A stretch of DNA of 64,000 nt. It comes from Vicugna vicugna (Eukaryota). The stretch is taken from the NCBI GenBank assembly GCA_013265495.1, contig MU059330.1, positions 14,269,980 to 14,333,979 of the forward strand. The letters run 5' to 3'. Under the pieces are notes generated by a model. The model made no database searches. It was not told the origin of the DNA and saw only the letters and a list, made by a program, of their open reading frames with translations. Positions 39,119 through 51,252 of this stretch are shown here, in pieces. Numbering within the stretch: the stretch's first letter is position 1; the number at the start of each line of letters is the position of its first letter. Made by a program: the position numbers and the translations under genes.

Positions 39119-39297
39119 GCGCAGCTTATCCACGACAGGCACACCGCGTCCCACTCTGTGGCGGCCGCCAGGACCCAGGCCCCATCCACACCGGACAGAG
39201 TGCAGATGACCTGGACGAAGGAGAAGCTGATTGCCGAGAAGCATCGGAACAAGGATGCTGCTGCGTCCGGGTTCAAGGACCTCTTCAGCCTGAAGCC
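39119..39297 (+). CDS. SLC12A7: KCC4 exon 22 (179 nt)
   Basis: AQLIHDRHTASH...QMTWTKEKL...DLFSLK(P)|GTGAGT. Confidence 0.96.
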
Positions 39298-39760
39298 GTG
39301 AGTGTCAGCCCTGTTCTGACCCACAGTGGGGACGGGCCCCTTCGCTGCCCCACGGTCTCCTTTCAGGCCAGTTTGCAGGGAAGCGGGCGGCAGTGGGTGG
39401 CGAGGTGGCAGACAGTGTTCCGGGGGCTTTTGCAGCACCTGGAGGTCGGGGCTGCCCCCGGGGCCGGACTCCCCGCTCTGACCCTCCAGGCTGCCCATCA
39501 GGCTGGCCCATCCGCCTGCCGGGGCTCCGCCCATGGCGTTGAGCTGGGAGCCCAGTGGGCGTGTGGCTGGGCCTGAGGAGGGTCCCGGGTGGGAGAGTCA
39601 GGACGGCATCTCCCGGGTCTTCGGCGTAGCCCGAGTTGTCAGAAGGGCCTGGGGGGCTCTCTGGGCCGAGGGGACAGATGCCCTGGAGGAGGAGCACAGT
39701 CAGCGGGGGCGTCGTGTTTGCTCGGGAAGTAACGTGCATTCTGTCTTCTCTTCCGCATAG

Positions 39761-39775
39761 AGAGTGGGGAAACCT
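39761..39775 (+). CDS. SLC12A7: KCC4 15-nt cassette microexon (exon 23; (P)EWGN(L))
   Basis: TTCTGTCTTCTCTTCCGCATAG|AGAGTGGGGAAACCT|GTAAGT; phase 2-2; gives KPEWGNLNQSNVRR, matching the KCC2 KPEWENLNQSNVRR segment. Confidence 0.85.
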
Positions 39776-42458
39776 GTAAGTCCTCCCGGTCCTGGGACCT
39801 CATAGACTTGGTTGCCTGGCATGCGCTGCACGCACTGCCCCTCGCGACCCGTGCGTGCACGTCAGAGTGTGTGCACGGTCCCGTGTGTGGATGTGCCCGT
39901 GAGCACACACGTGTGCAGTCCTGTGCATGCACGGCCCCGTGTGCGTGTGTTCCTTCTCCGTGCCTGGCCTCGTGTGCGCGTCCGTGTGTCCGTGCTCAGC
40001 CCTGCACTGCTTGACTTTGAGGAACTTCCTGTTTAACTCACTCCCTCGCCCGGAGTGGCTCGGGGCACATACCCGACATTCCTTCTCTGAACAGCGCCTG
40101 CGGACGAGGTCTGGGGAGGGTTGGTCCTGAGCGGGCTCCAGAGCGGAGGGCGAGTGTTCTGGTAGCTGTCAGTTTGATTCACCCACATTCCTCGGGGTCC
40201 CGGGGTCCAGATGCACCCAGTCTCGGCTGCGTGGGGACAGCTTTTCCTTCTGTCTCCGCAGCGCCCAGTGCCTTTTTGCCCTGTAGGAAGCTGCCACGTT
40301 TGATCTCATCAGAAGGGATGTGTGTGAATCCTCTTTTGGGACTGGCCCTGGGGGTTAGGGCCAGAGATCCAGGGCCTGGAGGGCTGCTGTCTGTCTGTCC
40401 ATCCGCCCCAGCTCCCCTGTGACTTCCGGGCTGTCTTCCCTCCCGGGGTGCCCAGCGGAGCCTCATGACTCGGTGGCCAGACTTCCTGTTTCAGCCCCTA
40501 GACCCGAGCAGCTCACGCCCCAGGGGCCGCAGGAGTGTGGGTCCCTTGAAGGAGCCCCGGGGGCGAGTGCACAGGACTCCGTGCTGCCTGCTCTGTTTTT
40601 TCATAAACATAAAGTGACCTCCAGATGAAGCATTTGAGTAAGAACGCACAACAAGCCCGTAGTGCAGCAGTAGGTGTCCCCTCCAACTCCCCGTCGAAGG
40701 GGCTGCGAGCGGCAGGCCTGGCCCGAGTGCAGCCAGCTGCCACTGTCCCGGGCCTGCGGGAAGCGGGCAGGAGAGCCAGTCTGGTCTGCCGCGGGGGTTG
40801 GGCTGCGGGAAGCTCCCGGAAGGTGGGAGGTTAGCCCACAGGTGACCCCATGGCGGGCACACCGTGGCTGGCCCCGGGGTGTGTGGTCGTCTGCTGTCAG
40901 CAGCCAGGGTCCAGAATCCCGCCCTGCCCGCACGCCGTCCACGGGCCTCCCCCGCCCTCCCCAACCCTGGGCAGCCCACCAGCCCGACCGCAGGTCCAGC
41001 CTCAGAGAACCTGGCTGGGGAAGCGCTTCTCCACCAGACTCAGCATGTGATGACGCGTTTCCCCGTTTGGTGGCTTCACGGCTGGCTGTCGGGTAACCAG
41101 TGCAAGTGTCTGTTACCTTCTGGACACGTGAGGGCCGCCCGGGCCTCTCTGGCCTCCATGGGCCCACAGTCCTGGAACCGCGGGTATGTCCAGGCCTGGC
41201 CCTTGATTTTAAGATTATATGTGTTGTCAGACTCTTAACCCCAAGGCCCTTTAATATCACAGACACGTTTCTAGAATTGCTGTTGTGTCCCCAAACACAC
41301 CGATAATAGGGATCCATCCAGGCAACTAATTCTCGGTTCTCGGAACCAAAGGCCCCTGGCTGTGCCGAGAACAGAGACCCAGCCTGTAATTTTATCAGAT
41401 GAAACTGGAGCGAGAAAACCAAGGGTTCCATTTCCCCGTTTTCTCCTGGTAATTGGCGGTTGTAATTGGATTTATTTGGCTTAAAGTTTGAGCTGATCAA
41501 AGGCTGTGGCCCAGGCTCCCGTCCTGCGGGCCTTTCCCGACCATCACGTGGCGGCCTCGTCTGTCTGTCTGTCTGTCTGCCCAGCCGCCCGCCCCTCTTG
41601 TGTCCTGGGCATGGTGAGCTCCTTCCAGCTGCAGCCCCCACACCGGCCCCCCGCTCTGCCGCACGTGGCCCCAGCACCGGCAGCTGTGCAGAGGGAGGAG
41701 CAGGTGCAGGGGCTTGGGTCCTCCCAGTCGGGGTTTGCTGTGTGCTTCCCGGGGTGCAGCTCATTGAGGGGCCGATGCAGAGGAGGAGGGCTTGCTGGCG
41801 GGCACAGGGCAGCAGCGTCCCCAGTCTTGCGTCCCCGAGGAGCCTCCCTGGGAGGCTGGCTGCCCAGAGCACCGTGAGAGGCATCAGTGTGCAGCAGGCT
41901 GTGGGGTCAGGGCAGTGGGCAAGGACGTGAGGCACAGGGTCTGGTCACCGGTGTGGGAGCGGTTGCTGTCGGCCAGGAGCAGCAGCGTCCGGGCAGGCCA
42001 CGAGCCGGGGCGGGCCTCGCGGTGGCCACATACTTGGCCAGTGTCCCCAGCTCTGTTAGAGGGGCTCGGGCCTCAGGCACTGGTGGTGGGCTGGGCCCTC
42101 CTTCCTCACCCACTGGGCTAGTGGCCGCAGGTGGTGCTCACTCCGGCAGCAGGTTCCTCATGGGGCAGCATTTAAGGACGGGCTGGCCGCGGGGCAGGGG
42201 TCTCGACGGAGACGCCTCTCAACCTGGAAACGGGCTCGCTGTGTCATCCGAGGTTCCGCTTCCGCCCACAGGAGTGGCCTCCGGCTGTTGTCTCTGCCCC
42301 ACGTGGCATCGCGTCCTGTGGCTTCTCCAGGTGGCGGGTCTGACCTGTCTCCACCTGCCCTTTCTGATGGGAGCCAAGTGGGCAAGTTGGGGCTCAGACA
42401 CAGCCTGGTGCCCAGGACTGCATATTGGAGGTGCCGTGTGACTGTCTCCCTCTCACAG

Positions 42459-42592
42459 GAACCAGTCCAACGTCCGGAGGATGCACACGGCTGTGAAGCT
42501 CAATGGTGTCATCCTCGACAAGTCCCAGGATGCCCAGCTGGTCCTGCTCAACATGCCGGGGCCCCCCAAAAACCGGCAGGGGGACGAGAACT
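42459..42592 (+). CDS. SLC12A7: KCC4 exon 24 (134 nt)
   Basis: [16 protein letters not shown]...NRQGDEN|GTATCCTTT (U12 donor). Confidence 0.96.
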
Positions 42593-43837
42593 GTATCCTT
42601 TCCCAGATGCTGCCCTTGCTGAGGTGGGGGACAGCCGCCATGTGGTGGGAGGGCCCCTCACCCCGCTGCTGCTCAGGGGAGGCGCCTGGGGCTGGGGTTG
42701 GGAGCTGTGGGGCCCTTAGCGTGGGATGTGGGTGACCTGAGGTGCCCGGACCAGAGCTGTATCACGGGGGCCGTGTGGGGCTGTGGGCCAGCGAGCGCAG
42801 AGGCTGTGAGCAGACCCAGTTCCTGTCGTCTGCCTGGTCCCCACATTTGAGCTATTGATGGCCAGGGAAGCTGGGCTTGGGGAATCTCAGAAATCGCCCC
42901 TCACTGACTCAGCGTGAGCGTGGGGCCGAGGAGACAGTGTAGACTCGTGGAGGTGAGGAGATAGAAGACGTGCTTGGTGCTCTGGGTGACAGAGGCCTCC
43001 GTGGAGAGCAGGCTGACACCTGGGGAATTCAGGTGATGAGTGGGGTGAACGTGGGCACAGAAACCATGTCACTGACCCCAGCCTTCCTGCCTCGGCTCTG
43101 GGCTCCAGGCTCTTGCCTTCCCAGCTCCTGTCCCGGCCTCTTCCCAGTCATCTGGGGGACGGGGCAGAGCCTAGGGGCCCAGTCCATGAGGTTCTGCCAG
43201 TGGCTCCGCTCTGAGCCCTTCCCAGCACCAAGTGCCCCCAACTTGTGGAACCCCGTCAGCTGCTGCGTGGAGCAAGGCTGCCAGGCCTGACCTTGGGGGT
43301 CATAGGTCCGCCCCACCCTGGGCCACCCAGGGGGCGTGCAGCCTGGTCATCCTCTGAGTTCAGCCCCACCCCACCCTGGGGAGCAGCAGGCAGGAAGCTG
43401 TAAGGAGGCCAGCAGCTTGGTCCTCGGGCTTTAAGCCTCAGGAGGACCACAAGCCCAGGGATCCATGCCTCCTTGGAGCCAGGACTTCCGGTCAGTCTGG
43501 GTGTCCTGGTGGTGGACGTGTCTGTTGCATCCTTTCCCTTGGATCTGTGCCCAGAGCCCCTGGGCGAGGACGGGGGTCCCTCCAGGTTCCTGGTCAGGCA
43601 GCTGCAGGTGTAGGCTGACCGCAGCCCTAGCTGAGGTCTCTGTTGGGCGGGGTCAGCACTCCTCTTCCCCTCGCACAGTCCCTCCCTCCCTCTCCGGGCC
43701 TGCCGCCCCCGTCCTCCACCTCTTTCTCAAACCGATCCTGACTGGACACAGGACCGGGGTGAGTAAAGCTGTCCCCTTCACACTTCTGGCTACTTGCACG
43801 GTTGGGCCAGCTGTGTCCTTAACTCAGCGCACCGCAG
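42593..43837 (+). other. SLC12A7: U12-type GT-AG last intron
   Basis: Consensus 5'SS GTATCCTTT; branch site TCCTTAAC at 43816-43823, 14 nt from the CAG end. Confidence 0.93.
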
Positions 43838-43929
43838 ATATGGAGTTCCTCGAGGTCCTGACCGAGGGGCTGAACCGGGTCCTCCTGGTCAGGGGCAGCG
43901 GCCGGGAGGTGGTCACCATCTACTCCTAA
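43838..43929 (+). CDS. SLC12A7: KCC4 exon 25, last coding exon (92 nt to TAA)
   Basis: [30 protein letters not shown]. Confidence 0.97.
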
Positions 43930-44978
43930 CGCTCGGCCACCCTGGGGGTGCACTGGGCAGGTGGGGACGGTGCTGCAGTGTGCAGTGGCCAGTGCGTGGC
44001 GTCCTGTAGAAGTTTCTAGATGGCACCGGGGCTCTCCAGGCCGAGCGCTGACGCGTGACTGAAGCCTTCCCCGCGTCCCAGGGCAGGCTCGACACCCTCA
44101 GTGCTCCCCATGCTCCCGGGGTGCTGGCGGCGACCTGGTCTGTGCCCGTCCGTCTCCTGACGGCAAAGAGAGACAGGGAGCACCTGGACTCTCGAACTGA
44201 TCTCCCTGGGCTGGACCTGCAGGCTGTTGTGCAGTCAGGGTCACTCAGACCCCCGGCCCCCGCACGGTGCCAGGAGAAGCCCCCCGGCTGAAGCTGACCC
44301 GCGGCTGAGGGCTCGTGTCGGCTCCCCGGGCAATGCTGCCCACCTGCCCCTCTCAGTAGCCGGGCTGGGGTTTCTGAAATGGAGGCAGAGTAAAGACCGT
44401 CCCCTCGACGGTGGGCTCATGTGCTGGTTCTTGCGGACCGCAGGGCAGGCGTCTGCGGGTGGGTGGGCGGGTCCTGGTGGGGTTCGTACCAGGAAGCAGC
44501 CGGTGGAAGAGCCAGGCCGTGCTCGTGACCAGTTGTCTCCCCGCACTGACGGCCCGGCCGGCACCCGAGCTGCTGTACCTGGTGCGGGTGACTGGGAGGC
44601 CGGGGGCGACCCTAGAAATGGCGGATGCCGGGAATCCCCCGCTGCAGGCGACAGTGGAAGAGCCTTCAGGATGGGGAGTGCCACACGGTTCAGCGTCTGA
44701 CGCACTGGCTCCTGCAACCTCGTTTCCATGCTTCAGGCTCTTGAGAGGGGACGGGGTGCAGCCGTGGGAGGTCCTGCAGCCACTGCACACGGCTGCCAGC
44801 TGAGCCTGTCACCTCCGGATGGGCCTGGGGCATTGTGGCTGTGGGGGTGGGGGTGTTCCCGCCACGTTCGGGGCACTGACAGGCACCTTCCCTTGATCCT
44901 GGACTGTTTGCACTTTACACGCGCTGTCATGTTCACCGTGTGTTGTTGCAGTAATTTGTGCCTCACTTTCTGTATGGG

Positions 44979-44995
44979 TTATTTATTTATTTAAA
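44979..44995 (+). promoter_or_regulatory. SLC12A7: AU-rich element in SLC12A7 3' UTR
   Basis: TTATTTATTTATTTAAA, three overlapping ATTTA pentamers. Confidence 0.6.
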
Positions 44996-45534
44996 CGTCC
45001 GGGGGAGTTTCAGTGATAAACATCGTCCACAAGGAGGTTGTGTCTGTGAAATGGGCTCCGAACAGCCAGGCCCTTGGCTTTCTCTGGTTGCCATGGGCTC
45101 CCAAGGGAATCGGCCCTGTCCACAGGCTTCAGGTCAGGCAGGGGCTAAGCGTGTGTTTCCAGATGTTTCTGAGGGGCAGTCAGGCAGCATGGAGGGTCAG
45201 CGTCACCGTCAGGATGACCACGGCCAGAGCGTGTGCCAAACGCCACAGCTGAGCTTGGGGCGGGGATCTCAGTTCAGCGGTGACTTGTACCTCCCTCTTC
45301 AGGTCCCTCTCCTGGGTCCCGGGTCCCTGTGCACCGGCTGGCAGGTTGGTCAAGGCTGGGAAGCAGCTGCGCATACAGGACCCCCCACCCTCTGCGACAC
45401 CCGGCCCGGCCAAGCACCTGCCACGTCTGTCTGCACCCTAGGTCCTTCCTGTTCTGTAAACTGTGGGACTCTTAACTGTGGCCGTTGGCTTCGTGTTTGC
45501 CTTTTCGAGGTTCTTTGTATGATTTTGTCAGTAG

Positions 45535-45540
45535 AATAAA
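45535..45540 (+). terminator. SLC12A7: SLC12A7 polyadenylation signal AATAAA
   Basis: AATAAA with upstream TGTA and downstream GT-rich GAGTGTGTTGG; ATTAAA also at 45590-45595; implies a 3' UTR of about 1.6 kb. Confidence 0.8.
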
Positions 45541-46429
45541 ATGAAGATCTGAGTGTGTTGGAGAACACTCTGTCTCATCGAGCATGAAAATTAAACGTGT
45601 GGAGAAACGCACCCCCTCCCCGGGTTTATTTCAGGTCTGATCATGTGGCTGGAGAGTTAGCATGTGAACTGTCTGAAAAAGTCAAACCAAAGCAACAGGC
45701 TGATGGAGTCAGTAGGAAGCGGCCCCCTGCCCCCCGGGTACGTGTGCAGCGCAGTAAGGAGACGCGGCTGCTCGCTGGAATTACCAGCCTGTAGTTTCCA
45801 TATGGGTGGAACCAGCAAAGACTCTGATTAGAGCGGACCCTTTAATCTGATACATGGGCTCACGAGACAGCACTTCACACTGACTAGGATGTGGGTGTGA
45901 CCGAGGAAAAGGAGACGAACCCGTGTTGCAGGCGTGTGGAGGACACCGCCGGTGGGGGCGCAGCTGGGGCTGCCCTGGGAAGGGAGTGGCGGTTCCTGGG
46001 TTTGCTAAACATAGAGTGACCGTGTGACCCCCCACGGCCCCGCCGAGAGATGCTGTCCACAGTCGTGGAGGTGCATGGCCCTGCGCTCCACGGCAGCCGA
46101 GCGTGGCAGCAACCTTCGTGCCCCGCTGTCCTGCCCCGCTGGTCCCGTTGCCTGGCCTCGCACCGGGCCTCGCACACTGACTTAGTTACCGCGGCTCCTG
46201 CCCTGTTAGCATCAGCTGATTGACGGCTGCAAAACCGTCCCCTGGAGATTCCGATTGGGCTGCGTCGCCGCTTCACGTGGGTGTCCTCGGAGCTTAGCTT
46301 TTGGGGGAGGGCGCGTATGTCCCCTGTTAGACTTACTGGCCGACGCTGATGTTCAGAATGGTAGGACGCACCCCGGCAGACGTCAGAGGAGGCGTTAATT
46401 ACGGGGGTCGCCCCACGTCACCTGCCCTC

Positions 46430-46738
46430 AGGCTGGAGGCCCAGGAGCACGGGCAGCCAGCGGTGTACGCGCCAGTCCTCAGGCCCCAGGCCCAGAACCT
46501 GCGCCGCCCAGGGCCAGAGGCCACGGCCCGGCTGGAGCAGAGGGAGTCGGCCCTCCCGTCACAGCTGTGGTCCACGGGTTGGACGGTGCCGCCCACAGCC
46601 AGGAGGGTGAATCTTTGTTCAGTTCACTGAGTCAAAGGCTGACCCCTTCCAGAAGCCCTCACAGACACACCTGGAAGTCACGCTTCACAGAGCACTGGGC
46701 CCCTGAGCCAGTCAGGTCGACATGAAATTAACCAACAC
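46430..46738 (-). mobile_element. ERVL-type LTR fragment (MLT2-like)
   Basis: CCCTCACAGACACACCTGGAAG...GCCAGTCAGGTCGACATGAAATTAACCAACAC resembles the reverse complement of the recalled MLT2 5' end. Confidence 0.5.
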
Positions 46739-48808
46739 GGTAACTTTAAACATTAGCTCCTGACCGGTGGCAGCCCAACAGAAATGCTTTTGGACTTTGA
46801 GCGCATGTCTGGGGGCTTTGTCGGACTCGCCGAGCCTTCTGTGGGCACCTCGGCCCTCCCCCTGCTCAGCCCACGCTCGGGACCCTCAGGTCCCCGTGGC
46901 CCCAGTCAGTGTGCATTTGCTGCCTCTCCCGTGATCTGGAATCTTCTCTGGGGAGCCTTCAGGGCCGAGGGGCTCATGAGCTGTGATTCTGAGCTGCTGA
47001 CCGTCCTCTGTGGGAGTTCTCGGCACGCCCCACTCCGCCGCCCCCGCCGTTCCCTCCCCACCTCCACGTTGTCGACCGGGCCTCCCCAGGTTTCCTGGTA
47101 AGTGAGGTCTGACCACCACTCCCTCCAGAGCCCCTTCCCATCCCGTCCCCTAGGACCTGCTCTCCCCAGCCCCGCCGGGTGCACACCCTCACTGCCTGCA
47201 TCAGCAGTGGCCAGGGGCGCTCACCTGGGCCGCCAGGTGCAGGGAGGTCAGGGCCCTGGGTGCCCCTTCCTGCACAGGGTTCTGGACCAGCGTCATGGCA
47301 TCAACTAGCATCTTGCTGGGGACGCAGCCCCACCGGAATCAGCTCCAGACGGAGGCCCGGGGGTTGCGGCACATCAGAGGGCGAGGAGGGGCTGGGGGCA
47401 CGCGCTTGTCCATGGTCTGCCCCTCCCCGGGGCAGAGGCCCACATTCAACGCTAACGGAGGCGTTGAGTGTTTTGCCGGAGCTGTGGCTCATGGAGCCCA
47501 CGAGAGGCCACTGCCCCCATCTCAGCTGCTGGCTGGAGGTGGGAGCCTCCCTCCCCACCCTTCAGGCTCAGGCTGGGCGGCTATCCTACATCTGGTTGTG
47601 GGGGTGGGCGGGCCGGGGGCGGGGGGCCCATACGTCCAGTCACTCAGTGACCCTCAGCTCGCTGGGCCCCTCTGCTGAGGAGCGTGACACCGGGGACAAG
47701 CTGTGGGGCCCCAAGGAGCAGGTGGGAACAGGACCCGAGGCAGCGAGGCCAGCGTGTGGTGGGGGCACAGGGCTCCCCTCAAGTGCAGAGAAGCATGAAG
47801 GCTGTGGGCAGAAGAGAGGAAAGGAGGCAGAGCGGGGCCTGGGGTGGGGGTGGCTTGTGGGGGGGGGGTGGGCTGCGGGCCGGGGGCCCTGGGCCGGGCC
47901 GTCTCCTCCCACATCCTGCACCACGTGCCAGGAATGCAGAGACGTGAGTGACCCGTGTCCTACCTGTGCTCAGAGGGACCCGGGACACAGAGGAGAAAGA
48001 AGTGTGGATGGGGGTGGGGAGGCTGTGGCCCCACGGCCTGCGTGCTGTGGACCGGAAAGGCCAGGCTGCGCTGGGCCAGGTCCACAGGGCAGGGTGGCGC
48101 CACTCTTTGGACCCACCTCTGGGCTGGGAGGACAGGGATGGGCAGGGCAGCTGAGACACAGGCCCACGGGTCCAGACAGGTGGGCAGGACTGACCTGGCA
48201 GGCCTGGAGCCGCTGAAGGAACAGGACTGGACCCCGAGACCCCAGACAAGGCCTCCCCTTCCCTGGGAGGCGGCACAAGAGGGAGACCGGGTGTGTGTGG
48301 ACGGAGGGTCCGGGGGGGGAATGGGGGGCATGGAGCTGACATGACCGGCTCTGGGGTCAGCCGGAGACCAGAGACCACGCCCTGGGAGCACCACAGAGAG
48401 CTCCCTTCACTCAGCATCAGGTTTATTTGGCAACACACTCTCCAAGGGGCCTTCTTGGGCCTGTAAGATACAGGTTGGTCCACCTTTGAGATGATCCAGT
48501 TGCAAAGTCTACACTTAAATCAATGGCAAGACCTGACCGTTCACCACACTTCCATGGTGCCTTCAAGGAGGGTGGACACAGCGTGGGAAACCGGCTCCCC
48601 CACCAGAGCCCCGGGCAGGCACAGTCCTCCTCCATCTCCGCCTCCAGCCGCACCCCAGCCTTTCTTCCAGGGGGGGCCTCTGCTTCCCCGACACGTGGGT
48701 TCCTGTGGGCCCCCAGCCCCAGGGCAGCTACAGCATCCACGGGACGGGTTCTGCACAGGCGGGTGTTTGGTTAATGTGTCCACATCGATGCTCACAAGTG
48801 GTCTTTCT

Positions 48809-49320
48809 TGTTGACCTCGTGAGTGAAAAGTATAGCAGCCGCACCAGTAAACAAAGGACGCTGCGGCCATCAAGTCATCAGACAGTACCCTGGCCCCCAG
48901 GGGCCCGCAGGGAACTCGGGATGCGTACAAGCAGGCAGCCCGGCCTCTGCTGCCGCCCCAGGCGGTGCCCCCGAGGGGACTCGGGCTGGGGAGGCACAGG
49001 ACCCTGGCCCTGGGCAGCTCAGGTGCACGTCACAGGGGTGGCTTCAGTGAGCCCAGACGCCTGCATCTTCCCGTGCGTAGAGAAATGCTAAGTTCCCCAA
49101 CTTGAGACGTCTGGTGTTCCTTAATCCACAGTCACCTTCTGACGTTCCAGCTACCTGGTCTGTGCTGCAAAAACCCCTGCACGTCCTGGTTTCTCCCTCG
49201 CTTCTCCAGAACAGTCCCCTAGAGCACCTGAGAGGCCGTCTCCCGGGCGTGGGTCCCCACTAAGTCCACCAAATAAAACGTAACTCAGCCTTTAGGGTGG
49301 CGTCTTTTCTGCAGTCAACA
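48809..49320 (+). mobile_element. Probable solo ERV LTR
   Basis: Ends TGTTGAC...GTCAACA (7-bp inverted termini); AATAAA at 49272-49277 near the 3' end; AAACAAAGGACGCTGCGGCCATCAAG resembles a recalled laurasiatherian ERV1 LTR. No clean TSD; left boundary uncertain. Confidence 0.6.
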
Positions 49321-50324
49321 CCCTCAAGTGGTCTTCTGTCCCTGTAGTGCTCGAGTGCACCGTCCTGGGCCCACTGGTGTCGGGGAGCTGGGCTTCCCTG
49401 TTTCCCAGCCCCACAAGCAGCATTCCCTCAGCTTCTGGTCTGTTTGATGGTGTTTCTGTCACATTTTGTCTTTAAAACCAGGGTCTGGAGTCAAAGAGGC
49501 CAGCGCTCAGGCCTCATCACAGCTGCCAGCTGGTCGGCCAGCATGCACCCAAGGGCTGAGTGGACAGTCGCAGGGCTGGACGGGTCTGCTGGGGCCAACT
49601 GAAAGGTCCCCTCATGTGCGAGAGCTCTCCACGTGGGAAAGGGACCAGGGGCGGGGGTGATAAGATCTCTGCAAACACCTCTTCGTGCAGTACTCACAGC
49701 GAGTGAACAGAATGTGGCCGGAACATGGACCTGTCCAGTCTTCCCGCCTGGCCGCTGGCCTCTGGCCCCCCAGGCACGGCCTGAATCTGCTTCTGCAACA
49801 CCCGGAGCACCACGATGTGCGCGTCCCCCAGCCCTCCCAGCACGCGGGCGCGGCTCACGGAGATGGCAGCTACTCGGAAACCCCGAGGGACTTTCCAGCA
49901 GCCACGAACACCCCGTGGAGAGGGCTGAGAGAAGAGGGGAAGGAGCGCCGGCTCCTCCGGGCGACGTACTCACCAGGAGCCAGCGCCAGCATGGGAGCCT
50001 TGGTCCACGTGGCCCCCGACGAAGGCGGGAAGTGTCCCCGCGCCACGAACCCAGTTTGGGGCTCAGGTGTTTCTGGCTGTGTCTTTAGGGCAGCGAGTGG
50101 GGAGGAGTCACCCGTGAGTGTGGAGTGGCGTGTGCTGCACGCGTGTTAACCCTCCTCCCACCCACGTATCAGCAGACACAGACACGTGTTCCCGCTGCAG
50201 CGTGTGCCTGCCCCACCGAGCCGCCTGCTGTCTGTGCTGGTGGCCGGTGCTGGTGCAGGACGGCCCGGTTCTGTTTGGAAACTCACTTTAAACAAGGTAT
50301 GACATGTTACAAAACGCACATATT

Positions 50325-50330
50325 TTTATT
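50325..50330 (-). terminator. NKD2: NKD2 polyadenylation signal (AATAAA on - strand)
   Basis: TTTATT on + strand about 0.9 kb past the canonical stop; T/GT-rich sequence follows on the - strand. Confidence 0.7.
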
Positions 50331-51252
50331 ATGACTGGGAAAAACTCAATCACAAGTCAACCACCAAGTTGCTTTATCCTTGAAAACTGCCGAGGGGCCA
50401 AGGACAAAGCCAGCTGCACAAATTCACAAGTCTCTCATCTCGGACGGAGCGGCAGCAGTTTCCCACCCCGGGGACGCCCCCGGCCGAGGCCCAGGACCAG
50501 CACTGCCCGTGCTCTGGGAAGTCCTGCTGGTCTGCCACCCTCTTCCCGACCTCCCGGAGGGACTCAGGCTTGTCCAAAGTTGAAGCTGTGTCCCGAGGAC
50601 CCGATGGTTCAGATTCGAGTCCACAGAGGAGGGGACACCCACCTACTGCCCAACTGTCTGCGAGTGGGTTTCAGGAAGAGCCCTCACCTCCCCGGCCCTG
50701 CTGACCACCTGTGTCCACTTACGGTGCTGGCGGCGCTGCCCTGAGGCCCAGCCCGGCCGGCACCCTCCTCCCAGCTCCGCCTTTCCTGACTGCTCTGCCG
50801 CGCTCTGGGGAGCCTCCTAGGCCGCCCGCCGCCCGCCCGCACGGCCCCCTTCTCCTCTGTGATCTGTGCCGGCCTCGTGTGGCGGAACTGGCCACCGCAC
50901 GTGTGGGCCCGGAGAAGCAGCTGCTGCTCAGGCCACGGCTCCCGGCTTCAAGAACGATGAGCCCGGGGGCCTACGAAGCTCCCTGCCCACTCAGGGCTGG
51001 CGACAAGTCCACCCCCCGGCCCCACAAGCTGAAGAACCCCGAGCGCGAGGCCCCAGAGGAAGACACGCCGAGAACGTCTGAGCAGACCCAGTGGCGCCGC
51101 GGGGCTGTACTTTGGTTTCATGACGAAAGCAGGTTCAGGCATCTCTGTGAGCGCAGGTGTGCTGTTAACGATCGTCAGCGGCAGGGATGCCCGTCGGGAG
51201 GAGCCGAGGGAAGAAGGGCCCTTCCGAGCGGCCCTCGGCGCCCGGGGCCGCG

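Noticed and set aside
40601-41935. 444-aa - strand ORF antisense to SLC12A7 intron 23
   Set aside because: No homology or coding-like composition; expected by chance at this GC content.
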